A stretch of DNA of 64,000 nt from Candidatus Thorarchaeota archaeon. Lineage in GTDB: Archaea > Asgardarchaeota > Thorarchaeia > Thorarchaeales > Thorarchaeaceae. Shown one piece after another: positions 59,303-64,000 of this stretch. The translations under genes and the position numbers were made by a program. Each line of letters opens with the position of its first letter. Position 1 is the stretch's first letter. The stretch is taken from contig DXJO01000041.1 of the NCBI GenBank assembly GCA_019057475.1, forward strand, positions 32,001 through 96,000. The letters run 5' to 3'. Below the pieces are notes generated by a model, which had not been told where the DNA came from, ran no database searches, and saw nothing but the letters and a program-made list of their open reading frames with translations.

Positions 59303-59794
59303 CTATTCGTAGCGCCGCTCTGCATCCCCAAAGGACTCGCAGACACGGCGGAGCCTCTCAATATGGCCGCCCTTCAGATATGCAATATACTCAAACAGCC
59401 GACTCACGACCTTTGATTTAGCGCGAGTTGCAATTGAGATGTAAAAATGATAAGCCTTGATATCGCGTTCCAATGCCCCGTTGCAGAGACTCCAACGTTC
59501 AAACTGTAGGCCTGGTGAAGAGGCAGAACCGAAATTGAAGGGTTTCTCATTTGGAGGAATCATCGAATCTCGAAGTTTGAGGACCTCTTCCATGGCGGTT
59601 GTAACTCCGCCTATCATCATACCTTCAATGGCAGCAATCAAGGTTTCTTCTGATTCGGCAAGCACCTTGAGCAAGGCTTTTACCTCAGGTGCCGTCCTGG
59701 CGGCCGCCTCATCCAGATAGAACTGAAGGTCGTTGAGGGCAGTGGCGAGAGCCAGGTTCAACATGTACTTTACTGAATCTTGGGCGTTAATCAT
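59303..59794 (-). CDS. Ferritin/rubrerythrin-like four-helix protein with partly degenerate metal ligands
   Basis: Duplicated AL..E/A...FY...A...V..L...LA..E..H pattern. Confidence 0.65.
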   Translation of the reverse strand: MINAQDSVKYMLNLALATALNDLQFYLDEAAARTAPEVKALLKVLAESEETLIAAIEGMMIGGVTTAMEEVLKLRDSMIPPNEKPFNFGSASSPGLQFERWSLCNGALERDIKAYHFYISIATRAKSKVVSRLFEYIAYLKGGHIERLRRVCESFGDAERRYE

Positions 59795-59848
59795 TAGAGT
59801 AAGGATATGCGGGGTTCATCTCAAGAAAGAGGTTTCGGTAGTCAAAGG

Positions 59849-60568
59849 TCAGGGACGATTCTGGTAGTTACTGGGATCGGCTAGATATCCCGAAACTAGT
59901 TTGTACTCACTTTTGGACATGAGGGGCTTTATGAATGCCAAACCCTCATCTACAAGTCGAATCAGGGAGTGGAGCCTTAGACCCACTTCTGAAGCCCGTT
60001 CCATTGCGCCTTGTTGCCGATCAATGATAACTGCCACATCATTACAGCTCACGTCACTGAGTTCTCGTTTGCTGGCCTCAGCAAGAACTTGGGAGCGGGC
60101 AATCATCTTGCTCTCCATCCCAGTTACGAGGTCATCTACCAAACAGAGTGAGTCTCCATCTTTCAGAACACCCTCCAATATCGAGTGCTGACCATAATCA
60201 GCCAACGCTCTTTGAAGATCCGCCTCAGTCTTCACACCCAGCATCTTTCGGGTATGGCATGCTGGAAGACCCGATTCAATGGATACTGCAGTAGCTATTG
60301 GTATGCCTGAGAACGCAATCCCAACAAGCTTGTCAACGGCGGGGGCAGCCTCCTTAATCATAATCGTCATGGCCTTCCCTACTTTTCGCATTGTTTCAGG
60401 GAAGGAGCTGAGGTTGCGGAGCTGAATGTAAAATGGACTCCATAATCCGGATACCAATCTCCAACCCTCAGGCTGGTCGCGCTCTGATGTAAGGAGCATT
60501 CTGTTCTTGTATATGTTGACCATAATCTCCTTCTTCAGACTCTCTAGTCGAGTGCTGTCCTTCACCAT
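59849..60568 (-). CDS. pyrE: Orotate phosphoribosyltransferase
   Basis: LVSGLWSPFYI, GIP, LVDDLVTG (PRPP motif), IIDRQQG. Confidence 0.85.
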   Translation of the reverse strand: MVKDSTRLESLKKEIMVNIYKNRMLLTSERDQPEGWRLVSGLWSPFYIQLRNLSSFPETMRKVGKAMTIMIKEAAPAVDKLVGIAFSGIPIATAVSIESGLPACHTRKMLGVKTEADLQRALADYGQHSILEGVLKDGDSLCLVDDLVTGMESKMIARSQVLAEASKRELSDVSCNDVAVIIDRQQGAMERASEVGLRLHSLIRLVDEGLAFIKPLMSKSEYKLVSGYLADPSNYQNRP

Positions 60569-60669
60569 CGGAGCCTCCCACCAACTTCAGCTATTTGCTG
60601 TTCTTAAGACTGTCCCCCACGATAGCTGGAGTGAAAATTCATAAACGTGATGAGGTACTCTGGTCGGGC

Positions 60670-61737
60670 ATGGACTCATACGAGCTCACTGAGTGGCTTC
60701 TGAATAACGGAGGCCCCGTAATTCGATTCAGAACAATGGTGGAGATTCAGGAAGAGCAGGACATCGGGAAAATAAGTGGAGCTCTCGACAAGCTCATGGA
60801 CAGCTCCATTATCCAGAAGTGGCTGTCTAGATTGGTTCCGGGAACTGGATTCAATCAGATACATTCAAGCAAGCCAGAGGCCTTCGAGAATGCGATGGGC
60901 AAGCTGACTCAGCTCGGACTTCATGCAGGTCTGCAACCATTCGACAGTCTGACTCTGCCCTTCAGAGTGTGGCTCTCAGAGAGCATCGGTGAGAAGAATG
61001 ATCGGCCGTTCAGTGTCTTTGCTCAAACTCTTGTTGCCGCCTTCCTGGCTCTAGCCAGATATGATGATTTGAATTTCGTCGATGCAGTCCTGAAACAAAG
61101 GTTGAAGACAATCTATAGCTTTGCAGAAGACCCTGATTTCTCAGAGATCTATGATAATAGGGGAGAGTTCGGAACAGTACCAAAGGGACTGGCTCATCAT
61201 AGGCTGGTGAAACCAAACGTCTTCCACGAGCAGCAATTCATGCTGCCATGGATACACGATGTTATGGGGTTCGCAAACTCGAGAAACATCATGGAAGACA
61301 TCGTACTCAGGGACATGGCTGAACGCGTGGTAGGCATGACTCTGTTTCAGGAATACCAAGAGATGCCATCGGACTACGGAGTGATGAGGCATGGCACAAG
61401 GTGCTACGTGATAGGATGGGGAATTGATCTTCCTGGCTACAATGGAGTTGTAGATAATTCGAACTTTGCAAAGCTGTTGTTTAGACTAGAGATGATGGCC
61501 CCATTTCGAGTCGCTCGCAATAGTGATTGGTTCGAGCGGTCAATGGCATTCCTAGAAACCCACCGCATAGAAAAGGGGATTTATCGGTTTCCAAGAGTCG
61601 CAATGCATGAGAAACGTAGCGGGTATTGGGTCAATGGGGCTTACATGGCTATGGAAGAAGAGCGCAAGAGTCAGCTTGCTATTGATATTGAATCAACTTT
61701 CATGATGACCAGAATAAAACGACTGGCTCGGTACTAG
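60670..61737 (+). CDS. Hypothetical alpha-helical protein
   Basis: WLL.NGGPVIRFRT N-terminus; long ORF. Confidence 0.7.
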   Translation: MDSYELTEWLLNNGGPVIRFRTMVEIQEEQDIGKISGALDKLMDSSIIQKWLSRLVPGTGFNQIHSSKPEAFENAMGKLTQLGLHAGLQPFDSLTLPFRVWLSESIGEKNDRPFSVFAQTLVAAFLALARYDDLNFVDAVLKQRLKTIYSFAEDPDFSEIYDNRGEFGTVPKGLAHHRLVKPNVFHEQQFMLPWIHDVMGFANSRNIMEDIVLRDMAERVVGMTLFQEYQEMPSDYGVMRHGTRCYVIGWGIDLPGYNGVVDNSNFAKLLFRLEMMAPFRVARNSDWFERSMAFLETHRIEKGIYRFPRVAMHEKRSGYWVNGAYMAMEEERKSQLAIDIESTFMMTRIKRLARY

Positions 61738-61807
61738 CGAAGTGGTTCTTGTAAACCCTCCCGTTTGGCAATCTTTTTAACGCCCTCCAACGCGGTCAGC
61801 TCCGATT

Positions 61808-61943
61808 GCGCTCGTTGTCTAGGGGCTATGATGGATCCCTGCCAATGTGCGGGGGTTAATCCCTCGGCGCCGTAGAACGGACCGAGACGTATAACTGCTC
61901 GGGTTTAAATCCGGCCCGGGTTCGAATCCCGGCGAGCGCACCA
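61808..61943 (+). tRNA. tRNA-Gly(GCC) with two introns (~61845-61877 and ~61882-61909)
   Basis: GCGCTCG/CGAGCGC, GATCC-CTGCCA[i1]C-GGA[i2]TC, CCGGG-TTCGAAT-CCCGG, CCA; removing both gives 75 nt. Confidence 0.85.
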
Positions 61944-61995
61944 TCCCCTATTCTTCTTCAGCAAGACGCCAAGCTTGTTCATGTCTTGTTCCTAC

Positions 61996-62652
61996 TCATT
62001 CACCGTTTTTTTGTCCAACATATTGAATGATACCTCTAAGCTGTGAGCGGGATTTCGATCGATAGAAGGTTAATCCTTCAGTATAGTAACGGAGCTTCAG
62101 TTCCGGAAAGAGTCCAAGTATCTCATTTCTTGAGAAGAAGTGAAAGTGGTGATTGTACTTAGTAAGGTAGTACGTGTTTTCCTCAACCTTCTCAATTTCA
62201 CCCCAGCTTTCGACGTTTTGAAGATCTTCTACAGAGAACGTGAAGATGTAGATGATACCTTTTGGTTTCAAACCAGCCTGCAACCGCTCTGCAATTATTT
62301 CAATGTCTGATTTTCGAAAAAGGTGCATAATTCTCGCAACTATAATCAATGCATACCTTCTTGGCGGAATTCGGAACTCTCGTATGTCCATCCTGTGATA
62401 TGTAAAATCGAGACCCTCAGCTTCGACCACTTTAGAGAATCCTTTTGCCAGCTTCGAGGTATCAACGCCTTCCACCTTACGACCTAGTTTGGCAAAAAAG
62501 AGAGCATGCCGACCCTTACCCATTCCAAGGTCTAGGACTGGACCTCTAGGGATGCGGCTCAGATATTCTATCAGTTTGAAGTCCGGACCTTGCTTCCTAT
62601 TCTCCTTAACTTCCCTATAGGCTTGTACCCAGAAGGTTTTCTTCTTACTCAT
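61996..62652 (-). CDS. Class I SAM methyltransferase (TehB-like)
   Basis: VLDLGMGKGRHALF, GVDTS, LKPKG. Confidence 0.85.
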   Translation of the reverse strand: MSKKKTFWVQAYREVKENRKQGPDFKLIEYLSRIPRGPVLDLGMGKGRHALFFAKLGRKVEGVDTSKLAKGFSKVVEAEGLDFTYHRMDIREFRIPPRRYALIIVARIMHLFRKSDIEIIAERLQAGLKPKGIIYIFTFSVEDLQNVESWGEIEKVEENTYYLTKYNHHFHFFSRNEILGLFPELKLRYYTEGLTFYRSKSRSQLRGIIQYVGQKNGE

Positions 62653-62939
62653 GAAATGCCCCTCGATACTTTGTAATCAGAAAGCGTTTGCTCGTCAAAG
62701 ATTTTGTCATTAGAGCATAAGACAATCAGGGTCAAGAAGCTCAGGAAAGAAGAGCTGGTAGAGTTAGGCTAATTAATTTCTTGTTTTCTTGCGTTTTTCA
62801 TTTTCTGCAGTATCCTTGAAACTTCACATTGATGTTGGCAAGAAGCCTGGCAGTTCACGCGGATACTGCGGAATTTCTATGAACACATCTCGTTTTCTAG
62901 GTTGCCGCAGAGAGTACTAGAGGAATCTGCAATTCTTGC

Positions 62940-63860
62940 CTACAAAATCTCTTCTTGATTCTCGCCAGAAGATATTCTCCTCTTTAGCGATTCTTCACGA
63001 ATGTATCTCATTTTCCGAATTGGATAAACTAAAACTGTACTCACAATGATAATGGATGGGATTGCAAGCAGGATTTCCGATATTACCTCGACTTCTCTTG
63101 TGTGATTAACAAGAAAATTACACCAGAGTGTGTTTTCTCTCACAGAATGAAATCCTCTCCAATACCGGAGAGGAAATTTCGATTTAACGGCTGATTGTAT
63201 TTCATCCATTGAGATACGCTTGGGGTCCCAGTTAAGTCGGAACGCTATTGAAATAACATCTGCAGCATCCAGATTTACATGAATTGTGAATTCAATTGCC
63301 TGACCGTCAATCATTTCATCTATACACTTTCGAACTGTACGCGATGTCATTCCAAGCATCTTAGTAAGATTCGTAATCGGTTCACGTGGATTTGATAGAA
63401 GGCATCTCAAGATGCGTTTGTGGTTCTTTCGTAGTTCGATACTACCACCACGACTTGCAGGTAGTGCATGAATCTCCACCCGATCCACAGAATCGATACT
63501 CCGAACGTATTGATTAAGCTCATCAATCATTGTCGCATCTGTGCATTCAGCATGGACAATACAAGAACCATAGGAGTCGAAATAGATTCTAGAAACGCGA
63601 GGAAACTCAAATATGCTATCTATAAAATCATTCTTTGAAACACCCTCAGTAGGGTATATCAGAATAAAGACCAGTTCGGATCCAATCATTGCTCTACTTG
63701 GTCTAATGTAATACCTCTCAATGACTCCTTTATCCTCCAAATGTTTTATCCGTTTCCGGATGGCGGAATCAGAAATTCCAAACTTGCGTGCCAATTCCTT
63801 TCGTGAAGCACGACAATTCTCACCTAATTTATGAAGAATGCCCAAATCAATATCATCCAA
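62940..63860 (-). CDS. Lrp/AsnC-type regulator with duplicated wHTH
   Basis: LDDIDLGILHKLGENCRAS..ELA...IRKRIKHLEDKGVI and a second ILRCLLSNPR HTH; TTG at 63860 after GGTGA. Confidence 0.8.
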   Translation of the reverse strand: MDDIDLGILHKLGENCRASRKELARKFGISDSAIRKRIKHLEDKGVIERYYIRPSRAMIGSELVFILIYPTEGVSKNDFIDSIFEFPRVSRIYFDSYGSCIVHAECTDATMIDELNQYVRSIDSVDRVEIHALPASRGGSIELRKNHKRILRCLLSNPREPITNLTKMLGMTSRTVRKCIDEMIDGQAIEFTIHVNLDAADVISIAFRLNWDPKRISMDEIQSAVKSKFPLRYWRGFHSVRENTLWCNFLVNHTREVEVISEILLAIPSIIIVSTVLVYPIRKMRYIREESLKRRISSGENQEEIL

Positions 63861-64000
63861 AGGAATCACCACATACGGGTCATGATAGACATGAAATCGA
63901 ACTAATTGGTTCTTTTTTCTGTTTTGTTCTGCCATTATTAGCAAGAAAGCGGATTGCGTGGAAAGAACGTGCTTATTATTCAAATATCAAATCCGACTGT

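Overview
Archaeal chromosomal window, probably from an Asgard archaeon (Thorarchaeia-like). This lineage call is an inference from L38e, a longin-like protein, an LRR protein, and archaeal information-processing genes. Positions 1-33 kb are mostly housekeeping: a giant surface protein, thrC, sucCD, L40e/L38e/L21e/L37e, Alba, TruD, Pus10, Rpo4, RsmA, proteasome beta, aCPSF1, SepF and Lsm. An intron-containing tRNA-Ala(GGC) at 33074-33181 anchors an ~18 kb accessory region. The first ~12 kb block holds an HTH/LAGLIDADG-like protein coupled to a HerA/VirB4-like ATPase, a PD-(D/E)XK nuclease, a frameshifted LRR-HEPN-like gene and a STAND-like NTPase-TPR gene. It is followed by seven same-orientation, decayed copies of the tRNA 3' end (45237-51307), each separating a cassette of 1-2 genes. 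This looks like an integron-like array delimited by tRNA fragments, and I see no classical integrase in the window. A second small accessory islet after tRNA-Phe carries a tandem pair: a degenerate tRNA-Ile(GAU) and a rare tRNA-Ile(UAU). Four tRNA genes carry introns (D-loop, T-loop, anticodon loop, and a double intron). Two apparent pseudo-enzymes stand out: a transglutaminase-fold surface protein and a Hel308-like protein with a SWIM finger. All calls come from reading motifs by eye; no database searches were run.
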